Assembly (NCBI GenBank): GCA_963752285.1
Contig: CAVVXN010000005.1
Span: 992,001-1,056,000 of the forward strand
DNA: 64,000 bases
Direction of reading: 5' to 3'
Source of the DNA: an uncultured Planctomycetota bacterium
Lineage (GTDB): Bacteria; Planctomycetota; PLA2; JAEUHO01
Each line of letters starts with the position of its first letter. Within the stretch, counting starts at the first letter, position 1. The notes beneath the pieces are model-generated. The model made no database searches. It was not told the DNA's origin and worked only from the letters and a program-made list of their open reading frames with translations. Shown one piece after another: positions 8,480-19,782 of this stretch. A program made the translations under genes and the position numbers.

Positions 8480-10219
8480 CTACGGGGGCCCCAGGAGCTC
8501 GGTCGAGTAGCCGCCGTTCCCGTTGGGGCGGAAGACCATGGAGTTCCCGAACAGGTTCGTCCCGCTGCTCCACTGCTGCCACGCGGCCTGTCCCGAAGAC
8601 CACGAAGGTTCCGACGACCAGTTCACGCCCACCTGGCTGTACGGGCTGCCCGGCGAGACGCCGACGGCGAGCGAGCTGTACCACGTGCTCGAGATCCAGA
8701 ACATCGCGAACTCGCCACTCGGCTTGATCTGCAACTGGGCGGTGACGGCCCCCCCGAGGTAGTACCAGTAGCAGTTCGAGAAGGTGAAGGTGAAGCGCGG
8801 CGGGTTCGCCGTCACCTTGTAGTAGGCGCCGGTGTAGTACGGCATCAGGTCCCATCCGACCAGCATGATGCAGGGGTAGGTCGAGAAGGTTCCGGAGTAG
8901 GAGGTGTGGATGCCGCCGAAGTCGATGTAGCCGTTGGCGTCGAGGTAGCCCTGCGACCAGTTGGTCCCGTAGAACGGGAAGTCGAACCCGAAGGACACGA
9001 GGCTCGAGTCGTCGTCGTAGAAGCTCGAGAGCAGGGTGCCGAAGCTCGTGTCGTACGTGGGCTTCCAGTGGTACGTGAAAGCGGCCAGCAGCGTGACGGT
9101 CCCGTGGGTGTTCGTGAGCGCCACGTCCACCGTCCCCTCGGACTGGCTCGGCGCATTGCAGGTGACCTGCGTGTCGTTCACGACGACGACGTTCGTGGCC
9201 TCGATGCTGCCGAACAAGATCGTCGGCGTGCCCGCGCCCACGTCCTGGAAGCCGCTCCCCGTCAGGGTGACCGGCGTCTCGACGTTCTCGAGGCCCTGGT
9301 TGGGGCTGATCGAGCTGAGGACGGGCGGCGGGAAGAACGTGAACGCGTCGGGGAGCGTGCTCTGGCCGTTCGTGTTCGACACGGCCACGGCCACGAGGCC
9401 CAGCGTCCCGCTCGGCGAGGTGACGCAGGTCAGGTGCTGGTCGTCGATGCGCGTGACGCTCGACGCCTGCTGCCCTCCGAACGTGACGCGGAGCACGCCT
9501 CCGGGGATCGTGAAGTAGTCGCCGGTGACCGTCACGAGCGTGCCGCCGTTGGCGCCGCCCGCGTTGGGGCTCACCGAGTAGACCTGCGGGATGGGCCCAC
9601 GGTACGTGAACGCGTCCGCGAGGCCCGCGGCCCCGTTGTGGTTCGTGACGATCACGTCCACGGGCTGCTCGAAGTAGACCTTCGGCGTGATGCACGTGAG
9701 GGTCGTGTCGTCCACGACCTGGAGGCCGGTCCCGGGGATGCCGCCGAACGTCGCGACGTTCTGGATGGGGTTGTTGTTGAGGAACCCCGTGCCGGTGAGG
9801 GTGACCAGGAGGCCTCCGTCGCGGCTCCCCTCCGTGGGGGTCAGGCTCGCGAGCGTCGGAGGCGGGTTGTACGTGAAACCGGACGCGAGCGACCCGCTGC
9901 CGGCGTTCTTCGTGACGCTCACCTCGACGGCTCCGGCCGCGTGGGGCGGCGTGGTGCACGTGATCGTCGTGTCGCTCTGCACGACGACCTGCGTCGCGGA
10001 CTCGCCTCCGATCTGGACGTCGGTGACGCCCAGGTCGTAGTTCACGAAGCCCGTCCCCTGGACGGTGATCTTGGTGCCACCACCGATCCCGCCCGTCGGC
10101 GGGTTCACGGCGGTCACGACCGGCGGCGCCTGCTGCTGTGTGCTGGAGCTCCCTCCGCCGCAGGCGGAGAGGCTGAGGGCGAGGAGGGCGACCGGGACAA
10201 TGACCCAGGAACCACGCAT
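8480..10219 (-). CDS. Surface lipoprotein with four IPT/TIG domains and a C-terminal NIDO-like aromatic domain
   Basis: 3' part of ORF 8480..12505 from MRGSWV. LSAC lipobox; four P..G...GGT.VT..G.GF...FTY repeats; DDDSSLVSFGFDFPFYG...ANGYIDFG. Confidence 0.85.
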   Translation of the reverse strand: MRGSWVIVPVALLALSLSACGGGSSSTQQQAPPVVTAVNPPTGGIGGGTKITVQGTGFVNYDLGVTDVQIGGESATQVVVQSDTTITCTTPPHAAGAVEVSVTKNAGSGSLASGFTYNPPPTLASLTPTEGSRDGGLLVTLTGTGFLNNNPIQNVATFGGIPGTGLQVVDDTTLTCITPKVYFEQPVDVIVTNHNGAAGLADAFTYRGPIPQVYSVSPNAGGANGGTLVTVTGDYFTIPGGVLRVTFGGQQASSVTRIDDQHLTCVTSPSGTLGLVAVAVSNTNGQSTLPDAFTFFPPPVLSSISPNQGLENVETPVTLTGSGFQDVGAGTPTILFGSIEATNVVVVNDTQVTCNAPSQSEGTVDVALTNTHGTVTLLAAFTYHWKPTYDTSFGTLLSSFYDDDSSLVSFGFDFPFYGTNWSQGYLDANGYIDFGGIHTSYSGTFSTYPCIMLVGWDLMPYYTGAYYKVTANPPRFTFTFSNCYWYYLGGAVTAQLQIKPSGEFAMFWISSTWYSSLAVGVSPGSPYSQVGVNWSSEPSWSSGQAAWQQWSSGTNLFGNSMVFRPNGNGGYSTELLGPP

Positions 10220-10417
10220 GCGTCCGTCTCCTAGCTCGGGCCGACCGGACCCCTCCCGGGGAACCGGCCCAGGGCGTGCTGCACACCGCGTACCCGCGGG
10301 GCGCACCCTACCGCGGGCCCCCCCCGGGGCGCAATATCCACGGGCAGCCCGCCGGACCGCGCGCGCCCCGCAGGGGCCGCGTTCCCCCCTAGCATGGACC
10401 CTCTCTCGGAACCGGTC

Positions 10418-11176
10418 ATGCGGCCCTCCACGGTGCTCCTCCTCCTCGCGGCGAACGTCGGGCTCGTCGCCCTCGGCCTGATCGCCTACGACGGCCTCCG
10501 GAGCGATCGAGCGAACCCGCTCGGCTCCCCGGCCGCCGCCACGCCCTCCGGCCCCCTGCGCCGCCTCGCCGACGGCCCCGAGCTCGAACCGGCGCCGGGC
10601 GCCCTCCCCGACGCCGTTAGGGCCCTGGAAACTCGGGTCGAGAGGCTCGAGGAGGGACTTGCCGCGCTCCGTCTGGCCGCGGACGAGGCCCGCCGAGGCG
10701 GCCCGCCCGGCGCCCCGGCTCCGGCTCCCGCCCCCGGCGGGTCCGTCCCCGCCGGCACCTCGTCGGATTCGGGGGTCGGCCCGGGCGACCCCGGCGCGCC
10801 GACCGAGTTCTCTCCCGAGGAGGTCCGTAAGTTCCGGGCGCTCGAGCAGCACGTCCACGACCTCGAGGATCAGGAACGAAAGGCCCATATCGCGGAGGAC
10901 TGGTACGCGAAGACGGGCGCCGACCTCGACCCGGACACGCGACACGAGGTGATCTCCGCCATCATGGAGTTCCGCCAGCGGACGATCGCTGCGATGGTCC
11001 AGACGAGCGAAACCGCACGCACCGAGGAGGAGCGCGCCCGCGCGATCGAGGACGCCCGGAAGGCGTACTGGGACCGGATCCGGCGGGCCGCTCCCTCCGA
11101 GCAGGCCGAGAAGATCCTCTCGGCGATCGGCCACTTTCCGGGCCTCGAGCGGTACGACGCCGGCTACCGGCGCTGA
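10418..11176 (+). CDS. Hypothetical membrane-anchored coiled-coil protein
   Basis: N-terminal TM helix, VRALETRVERLEEGLAAL coiled coil, Pro-rich linker, helical C-terminus. Confidence 0.65.
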   Translation: MRPSTVLLLLAANVGLVALGLIAYDGLRSDRANPLGSPAAATPSGPLRRLADGPELEPAPGALPDAVRALETRVERLEEGLAALRLAADEARRGGPPGAPAPAPAPGGSVPAGTSSDSGVGPGDPGAPTEFSPEEVRKFRALEQHVHDLEDQERKAHIAEDWYAKTGADLDPDTRHEVISAIMEFRQRTIAAMVQTSETARTEEERARAIEDARKAYWDRIRRAAPSEQAEKILSAIGHFPGLERYDAGYRR

Positions 11177-11263
11177 GGAGGCGCGAATGACCCCCGAGTG
11201 ATGCCGGGATGAGGCGCCCGTGACCCCGCTTCGCGTATCGAAGGGGGCATCGGGAGGAGCCTC

Positions 11264-12598
11264 ATGCGAGACGCGCTCTTCGTCGTGGTCGTGTCGTCGT
11301 TCCTGCTCGTCGCCGCGCGCCGTGCGTCGAGCGCCGACGACGCCGGCCGGGTCGCGCCGGTCACGTTGCACGTGCTCGCGGTGCCGCGACGTCGCGTCGC
11401 CTCGGTCCGCCGGGCGCCCGGGTTCGCCCTCGACCGCGAGCAGGTGCTCGCCCTGCTCCAGGACGCGCGGCGCGATCCCGCCATCGAGGTGCTGGCGCTG
11501 CGGCGCGTCACGGCGCACCTCGGCGAGAGCGTGCGGATCGCGCTCGTGCGCCCGATCTCGTACATCGCGCGCTACGGCGTGGAGGAGCAGGGCGACGAGG
11601 TGATCGCCGACCCGATCGTCTCGACGGTCGAGGAGGGCGTCACGGGCGAGGCGACGCTCCGAGAGGACGCGGGCCTGCTCTCGTTTCACGGCCGGCTCGA
11701 CATCACGTCGGTCGCGCGCCCGATCCGAGAGCGCACGGTCCGGCCCGTGCCGCACGGCGCGCCCATGACGATCCAGGAGCCCCAGACGAGCACGGAGGTG
11801 ATGAGTTTCGCCTTGGAAGTCTCGTCGAACGGCTGGCTGCTCGTCGGCGGCGCCGGCGGCTTCGCGCCCGGTGCCGCACCGACCGACGACCGGGGCGACG
11901 AGCGAGAGGTCGTGCTCCTGGTCCACGTCGGCGAGGTCGGCCCCGCCGGGTCGGGCGGGGGCGAGGACGTCGCCGACGCCGTCGAGATCGAGACGCGCTT
12001 CCTCGACGTGCCCTCCGACGTCGCAGCCCACGCGCTCGGTCCCGTCCGCGCGGGCGGTTCGGCCGCGCTCGCCCCGCTCGACCGCGCCACCCGCGCGCTC
12101 CTCCTCGAGGCTCCGGGCGCACGCGTCCTCGCCGCGCCGCGCGTGACGGCGCTCGCGGGCCGTCCCGCCGAGGTGAGCGTGATCGCCGAGACCGCGTACG
12201 TCCGCGACTACGAGGTCCACGAAGGGAAGGACGGTGTGCGCGTCGTCTCGCCGGTGGTGGCCACGCTCCAAGACGGCTTCCGGCTCGTCGTCTCCGCCCG
12301 GCCGAAGGCCGGCGGCTCCGTGCTCGTCCACGCACACGCCACCTTCGCGTGGCTGCACCGGCCGATCCCCGAGAAGGAGGTCGAGGTGGCGGGCCGCGCC
12401 GTGCGGGTCCAGTGCCCCGAGCTCGAGATCCGCGGGGTCGAGGCGGACGGGACCGTGACGGACGGGGCCTGGGTCGTGCTCGGCGGCCTCGGCGCGACGG
12501 AACACGGCGAGGCCCTCGTCCTGGTCCGGGTCCGGCGGGTCGAGCTCTCGAGCGCCGGCGGGGCGCCGGCGCCCGGGCGGGGCGTCAGGCCCCGCTGA
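11264..12598 (+). CDS. Exported protein with two tandem secretin-core-like repeats
   Basis: Signal peptide; [39 protein letters not shown] and WVVLGG, with a diverged copy of the same pattern upstream. Confidence 0.6.
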   Translation: MRDALFVVVVSSFLLVAARRASSADDAGRVAPVTLHVLAVPRRRVASVRRAPGFALDREQVLALLQDARRDPAIEVLALRRVTAHLGESVRIALVRPISYIARYGVEEQGDEVIADPIVSTVEEGVTGEATLREDAGLLSFHGRLDITSVARPIRERTVRPVPHGAPMTIQEPQTSTEVMSFALEVSSNGWLLVGGAGGFAPGAAPTDDRGDEREVVLLVHVGEVGPAGSGGGEDVADAVEIETRFLDVPSDVAAHALGPVRAGGSAALAPLDRATRALLLEAPGARVLAAPRVTALAGRPAEVSVIAETAYVRDYEVHEGKDGVRVVSPVVATLQDGFRLVVSARPKAGGSVLVHAHATFAWLHRPIPEKEVEVAGRAVRVQCPELEIRGVEADGTVTDGAWVVLGGLGATEHGEALVLVRVRRVELSSAGGAPAPGRGVRPR

Positions 12599-13160
12599 CC
12601 GACGCCTTCTCGATCACGACGCGCTCCGTCGGGCGGCCGCTCGGGCTCCCGCGCTTCTCCATCTGGGAGAGGACGTCCAAGCCCTCGACGACCTCGCCGA
12701 ACACGGTGTGCTTGCCGTCGAGCCAGGCCGTCGGCGCGAACGTGAGGAAGAACTGGCTGCCGTCGGTCCCCGGCCCGGCGTTCGCCATGCTGAGCCGGCC
12801 CGGCTGGTCGTGCTGCGCGGCCGGTGAGAACTCGCCCTCGTACTTGTAGCCGGGCCCGCCCGTGCCGGTCCCCTCCGGGCACCCGCCCTGCGCCATGAAG
12901 CCCGGGATCACACGGTGGAAGGTGAGCCCGTCGTAGAACCCGAGCCGGGTCAGGTAGATGGTGCTGGACACGTGCATGGGTGCGGCCTCGGGGAGGAGGC
13001 GGACCTTGATCGTCCCGAGGTTCGTCTCGAGGGTCCACGTCCAGGTCTTCCCCGACTCGAAGTCGGCCTTCGGCGGCTTGGGAAGGCGCGTGCGCCACCT
13101 CGCCTTCGAGGTGTCGATGCCCTGCTTCTCGATGAACGCGTCGATCGCTTGGAGCGTCAT
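12585..13160 (-). CDS. Cyclophilin-type peptidyl-prolyl cis-trans isomerase
   Basis: [47 protein letters not shown]. Confidence 0.95.
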   Translation of the reverse strand: MTLQAIDAFIEKQGIDTSKARWRTRLPKPPKADFESGKTWTWTLETNLGTIKVRLLPEAAPMHVSSTIYLTRLGFYDGLTFHRVIPGFMAQGGCPEGTGTGGPGYKYEGEFSPAAQHDQPGRLSMANAGPGTDGSQFFLTFAPTAWLDGKHTVFGEVVEGLDVLSQMEKRGSPSGRPTERVVIEKASVSGA

Positions 13161-13197
13161 GGGGAATCTTCCTTTCGGGGGAGGCGGGTTCGGCGGG

Positions 13198-14712
13198 TCA
13201 GGCGTCGTCCTGGCCGGGCTCCCAGCGGGCGAACCGCCAGCCGAGGAGCCGGACGAGCGCCGTCACCACGAGGAGGTGCACGCCGACCCCCACGAGCCCG
13301 GAGATCCAGATGCTCGACGTGATCCCGTACGCCACGGCGGCGACCGCGACGGCCGGCACGAGCGTCAAGAGGATCGCGAGCATCTGGAGCATCGACCAGA
13401 GAAAGCTCGCCTGCCGCGGGTCGCGGCCCAGGGTGAACGTCTCGATCAGCGCGAACACGCCGACGTCGAGGATCGGGAACGACGCGAGCGCGCCGAGGGT
13501 CGTGAGGGGGTCGAGGCGCTCCAATGCGGTGTACACGACGAGGACCGCGGCCTGGGCCGCGTAGACGAGCGTCGCCGGCACGGCCACCTGCGCGAGCGCC
13601 AACCGCACGGGGGAGAGCGGCAGGGTCTTCATCGACTCGAGGTGGTCGCGGAAGCCCCGGAAGCCGAGGGGGAGGTTCGCGACCAGCGGGAGGAATGCGA
13701 GGACCACGAGGATCGTCGTCGCGGAGCTGCCCCGGCGGCCCGACGCGAGGAGCACGACGAGCAGCACCACGACGAGGCCCACCACCATGCGCAGCCGGCG
13801 GCGCAGGAGCAGCGTGTTCAGCCACGCGACCGCCGCGGCGCCGGGGATCCCGCCCGCCGCCCGCCCGGGGCGTCCGGACGGCGCCTTGGCCGCCGCGAGC
13901 TGCCTCCGGCGGTCCGCGGCCGTGACGACCGTCGTCTCGACCACGTTGACCGGGAACGCGAGCACGAGCAAGAACGACACGGCGACCGAGACGCCGAGTC
14001 CGATGAGGGAGGGCAGCGCCGTGGCGAGGTCCGGCGCGACGGCCACGTGCCCCGCGGCGACGGCCGGGTAGAAGAGCACGGCCGCGGGCTTCGACGTGAT
14101 CACCTGCGAGAGCAGGGCGGTGACGTCGTCCGAGCCCGCGAGGCCGATGATCGCGATCGTCGCCGCGACGAGGAGGACCCCGATCACGACGATCCGCGAC
14201 AGGCGACGGAGCCGGCCGAAGAGGTGGTCCCCGATGCGCCCCGCGAGGAGCGTCGTGGCCGCTTGCAGGTGGGCCGCGACGGCGAGGCAGAGCACGGTGC
14301 CGAGGTAGGCCTGCCCGGGCCGGGGCAGACGGGCGGCGCCGAGGAACACGATGTAGAGCAGTCCGAGGACCAGGATCTGGCCGTACTGCCGCCCCAGGTG
14401 GTACGCGAGGATCTGTCGGCGACGGAAGGGGCCCGGCAGGACGTAGTCCATGTCGGCCGGGAGGAACCCGAGCCCGGGCTCCCCGATCCCCCCGAGCACG
14501 GCGAGGAGGAGGTAGAGGAGGAGCACCGCGACCAGGATGCCTTCCGCGCCCCCCGCACTCGCGCCCGGGGCCGCCATGCGGCCGCCGTACGCCATCGAGC
14601 CGAAGACCAAGATCAGCAGGGCGATCCCCGCGAGGCGGGTGGGCTTCCGGAAGACCCGCAGGATCGAGTTCTTCAGGCGGACGGCGAGCAGGTAGGCGAG
14701 CGCGCGGTCCAT
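13198..14712 (-). CDS. Putative ABC exporter permease
   Basis: Polytopic membrane protein from [21 protein letters not shown]; start codon overlaps the ATPase stop. Confidence 0.75.
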   Translation of the reverse strand: MDRALAYLLAVRLKNSILRVFRKPTRLAGIALLILVFGSMAYGGRMAAPGASAGGAEGILVAVLLLYLLLAVLGGIGEPGLGFLPADMDYVLPGPFRRRQILAYHLGRQYGQILVLGLLYIVFLGAARLPRPGQAYLGTVLCLAVAAHLQAATTLLAGRIGDHLFGRLRRLSRIVVIGVLLVAATIAIIGLAGSDDVTALLSQVITSKPAAVLFYPAVAAGHVAVAPDLATALPSLIGLGVSVAVSFLLVLAFPVNVVETTVVTAADRRRQLAAAKAPSGRPGRAAGGIPGAAAVAWLNTLLLRRRLRMVVGLVVVLLVVLLASGRRGSSATTILVVLAFLPLVANLPLGFRGFRDHLESMKTLPLSPVRLALAQVAVPATLVYAAQAAVLVVYTALERLDPLTTLGALASFPILDVGVFALIETFTLGRDPRQASFLWSMLQMLAILLTLVPAVAVAAVAYGITSSIWISGLVGVGVHLLVVTALVRLLGWRFARWEPGQDDA

Positions 14713-15563
14713 CAGCCGGTCGCGTCGCCCGCGTTCTCCGCCTCCTGCTGGGCGTCCGCACCCTCCGTGATCGCGAAGAAGGCCTCCTCGAACGACCCCT
14801 CCGTGCCCGGCGCCGCCGCCGCGCGGAGGTCGCCCACCGAGGCGAGCGCGACGCGCCGGCCCCCGTGGAGCACGAGCACCCGGTCGCAGAGCCGCTCGAC
14901 GAGGTCGAGCAGGTGCGACGAGACCACCACGGACGCCCCTTCGTTGGCGCGGCGGCGGATCGCGTCGCGGATCTGCCGGATGGCCTTCGGGTCGAGGCCC
15001 GTCAACGGCTCGTCCAGCACCAGCACCCGCGGTTCGCGCAGGAAGGCGCAGGCGAACGCGAGCTTCTGTCGCATGCCGCGCGAGAGCGTGCTTCCGAGCG
15101 CGTCGCGCTTCTCGGTGAGGTCGAGCTCCCGGAGCAGGTCCTCGGCGCGCGCGGCCCAGTCGGCCACGCGCCACGCGAGCGCGGTGAACCGGAGGTGCTC
15201 GAGCACGGTCACGTTGTCGAAGGGGTTCGGCGTGTCCGGCACGAACGCGAGCGCGCGCTTGGCGCGGATCGGGTCTCGAACCACGTCGTGACCGGCGACG
15301 AGGATCCGCCCGCCGCTCGGCCGGAGGATCCCCGCGAGCGCGCGGAGCGTCGTGGTCTTGCCCGCCCCGTTCGGCCCGACCAGGCCGAGGATCTCCCCCG
15401 CCGTGACGGAGAACGTGAGGTCGCGGACGGCGACCAGCTCGCCGTAGCGCTTCGAGAGGCCCTGGACGTCCAGGAGCACCGCCCGGGCCGCCTCGTCCGG
15501 CGCCCGGTCGTCCCCCGCGTCCGGTCCGCTCCCGGCCTCCGGTCCGGCGCTCCTCGGGTCCAC
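14712..15563 (-). CDS. ABC transporter ATP-binding protein
   Basis: GPNGAGKTT, LSRGMRQK, LVLDEP, SSH. GTG at 15563 follows AAGGAG. Confidence 0.93.
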   Translation of the reverse strand: MDPRSAGPEAGSGPDAGDDRAPDEAARAVLLDVQGLSKRYGELVAVRDLTFSVTAGEILGLVGPNGAGKTTTLRALAGILRPSGGRILVAGHDVVRDPIRAKRALAFVPDTPNPFDNVTVLEHLRFTALAWRVADWAARAEDLLRELDLTEKRDALGSTLSRGMRQKLAFACAFLREPRVLVLDEPLTGLDPKAIRQIRDAIRRRANEGASVVVSSHLLDLVERLCDRVLVLHGGRRVALASVGDLRAAAAPGTEGSFEEAFFAITEGADAQQEAENAGDATG

Positions 15564-15713
15564 GCGGCGATGCTCCTTCTTGCCTGCCGCCGGCCGGGGG
15601 AGCCGCGGCGGAGGAGGGGACACGCTACGGCCGCGCCCCGCCCCCCACCACCCCGTGCGCGACCTTCGAATCCACGAACGGAGACCGGTCGCGGCTCCGG
15701 GAATGGGGCGGGC

Positions 15714-17540
15714 TCAGACCTCGAGGCCGATCGCCCGCATGAGCGCGATCGCGTTGCTGCGCTCGACCACGCCGGGTCGCATGCGGTAGTCGAACGTGAC
15801 CCGGTCGCCCTCGAGCCGGTCCTCGAAGTGCACGTTCGCCATCCGGCCGTCCTCCTTCGCGATCGCGGCCAGCGCCAGGTCGTGGGTGGTGACGAGGCCG
15901 ATCGCGCCGCGGTCGAGGAGCGTGTGGAGCACGGCGGCGGCGCCGAGGCGCCGATCGTGCGAGTTCGTGCCCCCGAGCATCTCGTCGAGGAGGAAGAGCA
16001 CGGGGACCGACCCGCCCGCCGCGTCCACGACCTGCTTCAGGCGCGCGATCTCGGCGTAGAACCGCGACGCGCCCTCGGAGAGCGAGTCCTCGACGCGTAT
16101 GGCGGCGCCCACCGCGAGCGCCGTCACGCAAAGGGACGTCGCCCGCACGGGCGCGCCCGCGAGCGCGAGTACCACGTTCGTCCCCACGGTGCGGAGCAGC
16201 GTGCTCTTGCCCGACATGTTCGACCCGCTCACGAGGAGTCCCTGGGGCGCGTCCTCCCCCGGCGGCGCCGCGAGGCGCACGTCGTTGCGGATGTTCGTGG
16301 CGGCGGGGAGGAGGGGATGACCGATCCCGCGCGCCTCGAGACGCGGGCCCCCTGTGGCCTGTGACTCCTCCAGGACGGGGTAGGGGTCTTCGGGGTGCTC
16401 GTACGCGTACGCCGAGAGGGAGACGAGCGCCTCGAGCTCGCCGAGCGTGCGGATCCATTCGACGAGCGCGCCCCCGTTCGCGCGGCGCCAGGCCTCGATC
16501 CGCCACGCGAGGAGGGTTCCGATCGAGAACAGCCACGAGATGGGCAGGAAGATCTGGTTGCGCCTCGCGTCCACGTAGTCCATGAGGCGGACGAGACGCC
16601 GGACCTCCGCGGACGGAGAACGCCCCTCCCGTCCGAGCGCGGCGTAGAGGGCCTCCAGACGGCCGCCCGGGCCCGTGCCCTCCTCCAGGCCCTCCGACTC
16701 GAAGCGTTCGAGGAGGCGCATGGACAACGCGAGATCCTGCGCGGGCCGGTCGGCGGACTGGAGCACCGCGTCCACGCGCGCCCGGAAGGGGATCGCCACG
16801 GTCCCCTGGACGAGCGCGGCGACCAGGAAGGGGACCATCGGGCCCCCTGCGAACGCCCACCAGGAGAACGCCGCCGCCGTGATCGGCCCCAGGACGGCGA
16901 GCGCGCGGGGCACCGCGCGCCCCGCGAGCGCGAAGGGCGCCTCCGCCCACGCGCCGGCCGTCGCGCGGTCGAGCGCCGACGCGACCTCCTCCCCCGCGAG
17001 CGCGAGGTCCTCACGCAGGTCGAGCCGCGGCGCGAGACGCCGCACCGCCTCCTGGCGTGCGCGCGCGGCCGCGACGCCGTCCGGGGCGAGGAGCCATCCG
17101 GCGAGCGTCGTCTCGCCCGCGCGGGTCCGACAGGTGGAGAGGAGCTGAAACAGCGACGCCGTCCCGAAGAGGTCGAGATCGTCGGCGTACGGGTGATGTG
17201 GGGGGCGGAGTCCCTCGCCCGTCGCGCCGCCGCCCGCCCACCGGTCCTCGACGCGGTCGAGCCCGCGCTCGTAGAACCGCGCCGCCCGTTGCGCCTCGGC
17301 GTGCCGGGCCCGGAGCGAGCCGTGGACGAAGACGAGCGCCACGAACACGACGAGCGCGACCGCCGAGAAGAGGAGGGAGAGCACGTCCGCCGCCGCGAGG
17401 ATCGCGAGACCGAGGGCGACGGCGAACACCACGAGACGCGCCGTCCCGACGCGGGCGGCGGTCGCCGCCTCCGCGACCGAACGCGTCCGATGATGCGCCA
17501 GGCGGGAACGATAGACGTCGGCCGGGCCTGACTCCGCCAC
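15714..17540 (-). CDS. Membrane-anchored MutS-related ATPase (domain V type)
   Basis: TM helices, PYADDLDLFG, GSNMSGKST, SRFYAEI, LLDEMLGGTNS, TTHDL; no mismatch-binding domain evident. Confidence 0.88.
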   Translation of the reverse strand: MAESGPADVYRSRLAHHRTRSVAEAATAARVGTARLVVFAVALGLAILAAADVLSLLFSAVALVVFVALVFVHGSLRARHAEAQRAARFYERGLDRVEDRWAGGGATGEGLRPPHHPYADDLDLFGTASLFQLLSTCRTRAGETTLAGWLLAPDGVAAARARQEAVRRLAPRLDLREDLALAGEEVASALDRATAGAWAEAPFALAGRAVPRALAVLGPITAAAFSWWAFAGGPMVPFLVAALVQGTVAIPFRARVDAVLQSADRPAQDLALSMRLLERFESEGLEEGTGPGGRLEALYAALGREGRSPSAEVRRLVRLMDYVDARRNQIFLPISWLFSIGTLLAWRIEAWRRANGGALVEWIRTLGELEALVSLSAYAYEHPEDPYPVLEESQATGGPRLEARGIGHPLLPAATNIRNDVRLAAPPGEDAPQGLLVSGSNMSGKSTLLRTVGTNVVLALAGAPVRATSLCVTALAVGAAIRVEDSLSEGASRFYAEIARLKQVVDAAGGSVPVLFLLDEMLGGTNSHDRRLGAAAVLHTLLDRGAIGLVTTHDLALAAIAKEDGRMANVHFEDRLEGDRVTFDYRMRPGVVERSNAIALMRAIGLEV

Positions 17541-17648
17541 GCGATCCTCCGGGTGTCCGATGAACGGCGCTCGGCCGCCCCTCCGAGGGGGCGCCTATAC
17601 TCCCCCGGTCGGCCGACCCACGGGGGTTCGGCCCGGGAGGCCCCCCCG

Positions 17649-18500
17649 ATGCATGTCCGCCCGTGTGCGTGCCGAGTCCCCGGACTCGCGGCCCTCCTCC
17701 TCCTGGCCGCGTGTGGCGGCGGCGGAGGCGGGTCGTCGGCGGCCCCGGTCCAGCTCATCACCTCGAACGTGGTCCAGGCCATGCCCGCGGGCTACCGCGC
17801 GGTCTTCGACGCCTCCGCGCGCGTCAGCGTCAGCACCGCGCCGGTGCCGATCGACCTGACCGGCACGTACACGCTCTCGAACGAGGGCACGACCGTCGTC
17901 TACCCGCTCGACACGAGCCGCTCGGGCACGAAGGTCAAGAGCGAGATCGAGCTCGTGGTCCCGCAGATCGTGCGGAACCAGTACCCCAGCCTCCCGGCGA
18001 CGGTGCTCTTGACGCTGCGGGAGTACGTCGAGTTCGCGAACGACGGTACGTGGTACGCGCTCGGCGGCGACGCCGAAGACCCCACCGCCGTGCCGCCGGT
18101 CACGCACGTCTCGTGGGCCGCCACGCCGACGGTGGACTTCGAGCCGACGATCTTCCCCGGCCAGACGGTCGACGTACCCGAGACCGACGTCCTGGCCGAC
18201 GACCTCGTGACGGTCCTCGCGTCGCGCAAGAGCACGCGGACGGTGGCCCTCGCCACCGAGGTGCTCGACACACCTCTCGGACGCCTGGAGTGCTACCGCT
18301 CGGACGTGATCGAGACGGTCCAGCCGAACGCCCCCGGCGCGCTCCCCGTCGAGGTCACGTACCGCCGCTGGGAGCGACCCGACCTCGGTCTGATCCAGCT
18401 CCACCTCGAGAACTACCAGGTGACGGTGACCTACCAGATGCAGCCGGTGACGATCACGGTCCAGCGGATGGACGCCTACCTGCGCTCCCTCGCGCCCTGA
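17649..18500 (+). CDS. Hypothetical lipoprotein, beta-rich
   Basis: LLAAC lipobox with Gly run; protein-like composition (VLDTPLGRLECY...WERPDLGLIQ). Confidence 0.75.
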   Translation: MHVRPCACRVPGLAALLLLAACGGGGGGSSAAPVQLITSNVVQAMPAGYRAVFDASARVSVSTAPVPIDLTGTYTLSNEGTTVVYPLDTSRSGTKVKSEIELVVPQIVRNQYPSLPATVLLTLREYVEFANDGTWYALGGDAEDPTAVPPVTHVSWAATPTVDFEPTIFPGQTVDVPETDVLADDLVTVLASRKSTRTVALATEVLDTPLGRLECYRSDVIETVQPNAPGALPVEVTYRRWERPDLGLIQLHLENYQVTVTYQMQPVTITVQRMDAYLRSLAP

Positions 18501-18515
18501 CGAGGGTCGCGCCGG

Positions 18516-19772
18516 TCACGACTCGCTGGGCACGCCGAAGCGCGCGTGGTACCGGGCCGAGAGCCCCTCGACCTCGTCCTCCGCGAGCCCGAAGTCGGAC
18601 AGGGCGTAGCGGTGCACGCCGTGGCGGTGTCGCGGGTTCTCGGCGAGCCACCGCTCCATCCGGACCCGCATCGCGGCCGAGACGTCTCGTCCCGCCGCGG
18701 CCTGGACGCGCTCGACCACCTCGATGGGCCTCGCCACCAGGTCGGCGTAGAGCACCTCCACGACCCGCTGGCGGTCCCGCGCCTCGATCGGCTTCTCCAT
18801 CGCGTCCAGGACGCGCCGGCCGAGGCGCAGGGCCTGGCGGCCGAGCTCGAGGTCGTCCACCCGCGCCCCGACGAGGTGGCGCAGGAGCCGTACGAGGCTG
18901 CACGTGGAGGGGAGCACCTTCCGTGTGTCGCGGTGCGTGCGGACCACGATCGCGTCCGGATAGGCCTCGAGGAGCGCGGGGACCGACTGGAGGTGCGCCG
19001 GTGACTTGAGCAGCCAGCGCCCGCCGGGGCGGCTCCACTGCAGCACGCGGAGCTGGTCGGCGTGGAAGCGGTACGCATCCACGAACCGCGACGGCGGCTG
19101 GCCGTCGAGCCACTGCCGGTACGAGGGCACGTACGCGTAGAGGTGCCAAGCGGGCGACACGAACGTCCGCAGGAGCAGCGGGAGGCACTCCTCCGGCCCG
19201 GCGGCGGTGACCGCGTGGACCGACGGGAGCTCGGGCACGACGTCGAGGAGCATACGCACGTCGCGCGCGTGCTTCCGGGGTCTCGGGTCGCCGAAGAGAC
19301 CGCGCCGGGGCAACGGGTGGTACGCCTCCCAGCCGAGCAGAGGTCGCGCCTCCGGGTCCGCGGCGAGGAGGTTCTGGAGCAGCGTGGTGCCCGTGCGGGG
19401 GAAGCCCGCCACGAAGAGCGGCCGGTCGATCCGCTCCGCGGCGATCTCGGGGTTCGCGAGGACGAGGTCGCGGATCCGGAGACGGTTCTCGAGCGCGCGC
19501 GTCACCATGCCGCCCGCGACGAGGCGACCCAGCGGCGTCAGCCGCGCCTCCGCTTCGAGCGCGCGCGCGAGCACGGGGAGGGCCTCCACGACGGGCGCCT
19601 CGGCGAGGTCGTCGGCGGCGGCGTCCTGCACGCGCGCGCGGCGCCTCGCGCGGCGGAGCAGGCGGTCGGGGTCGAGCGCCGACCGGCCGAGCCCGACCCA
19701 GGCGCCCGCCCGGGCGGCGCGGCCCGCGAGACGGACGCCGGCGCGCGTGAGCGCGCCCCGTCGGGCGCTCAC
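18516..19772 (-). CDS. PAPS-dependent sulfotransferase
   Basis: 5'-PSB GFPRTGTT, WLLKSPAH and 3'-PB HRDTRKVLPS motifs; starts 10 bp after the PKS stop. Confidence 0.9.
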   Translation of the reverse strand: MSARRGALTRAGVRLAGRAARAGAWVGLGRSALDPDRLLRRARRRARVQDAAADDLAEAPVVEALPVLARALEAEARLTPLGRLVAGGMVTRALENRLRIRDLVLANPEIAAERIDRPLFVAGFPRTGTTLLQNLLAADPEARPLLGWEAYHPLPRRGLFGDPRPRKHARDVRMLLDVVPELPSVHAVTAAGPEECLPLLLRTFVSPAWHLYAYVPSYRQWLDGQPPSRFVDAYRFHADQLRVLQWSRPGGRWLLKSPAHLQSVPALLEAYPDAIVVRTHRDTRKVLPSTCSLVRLLRHLVGARVDDLELGRQALRLGRRVLDAMEKPIEARDRQRVVEVLYADLVARPIEVVERVQAAAGRDVSAAMRVRMERWLAENPRHRHGVHRYALSDFGLAEDEVEGLSARYHARFGVPSES

Positions 19773-19782
19773 GGCGCCCTCC

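Noticed and set aside
12585..12598. Short convergent 3' overlaps (also 37236-37255)
   Set aside because: Common in compact GC-rich genomes; no sign of antisense regulation.
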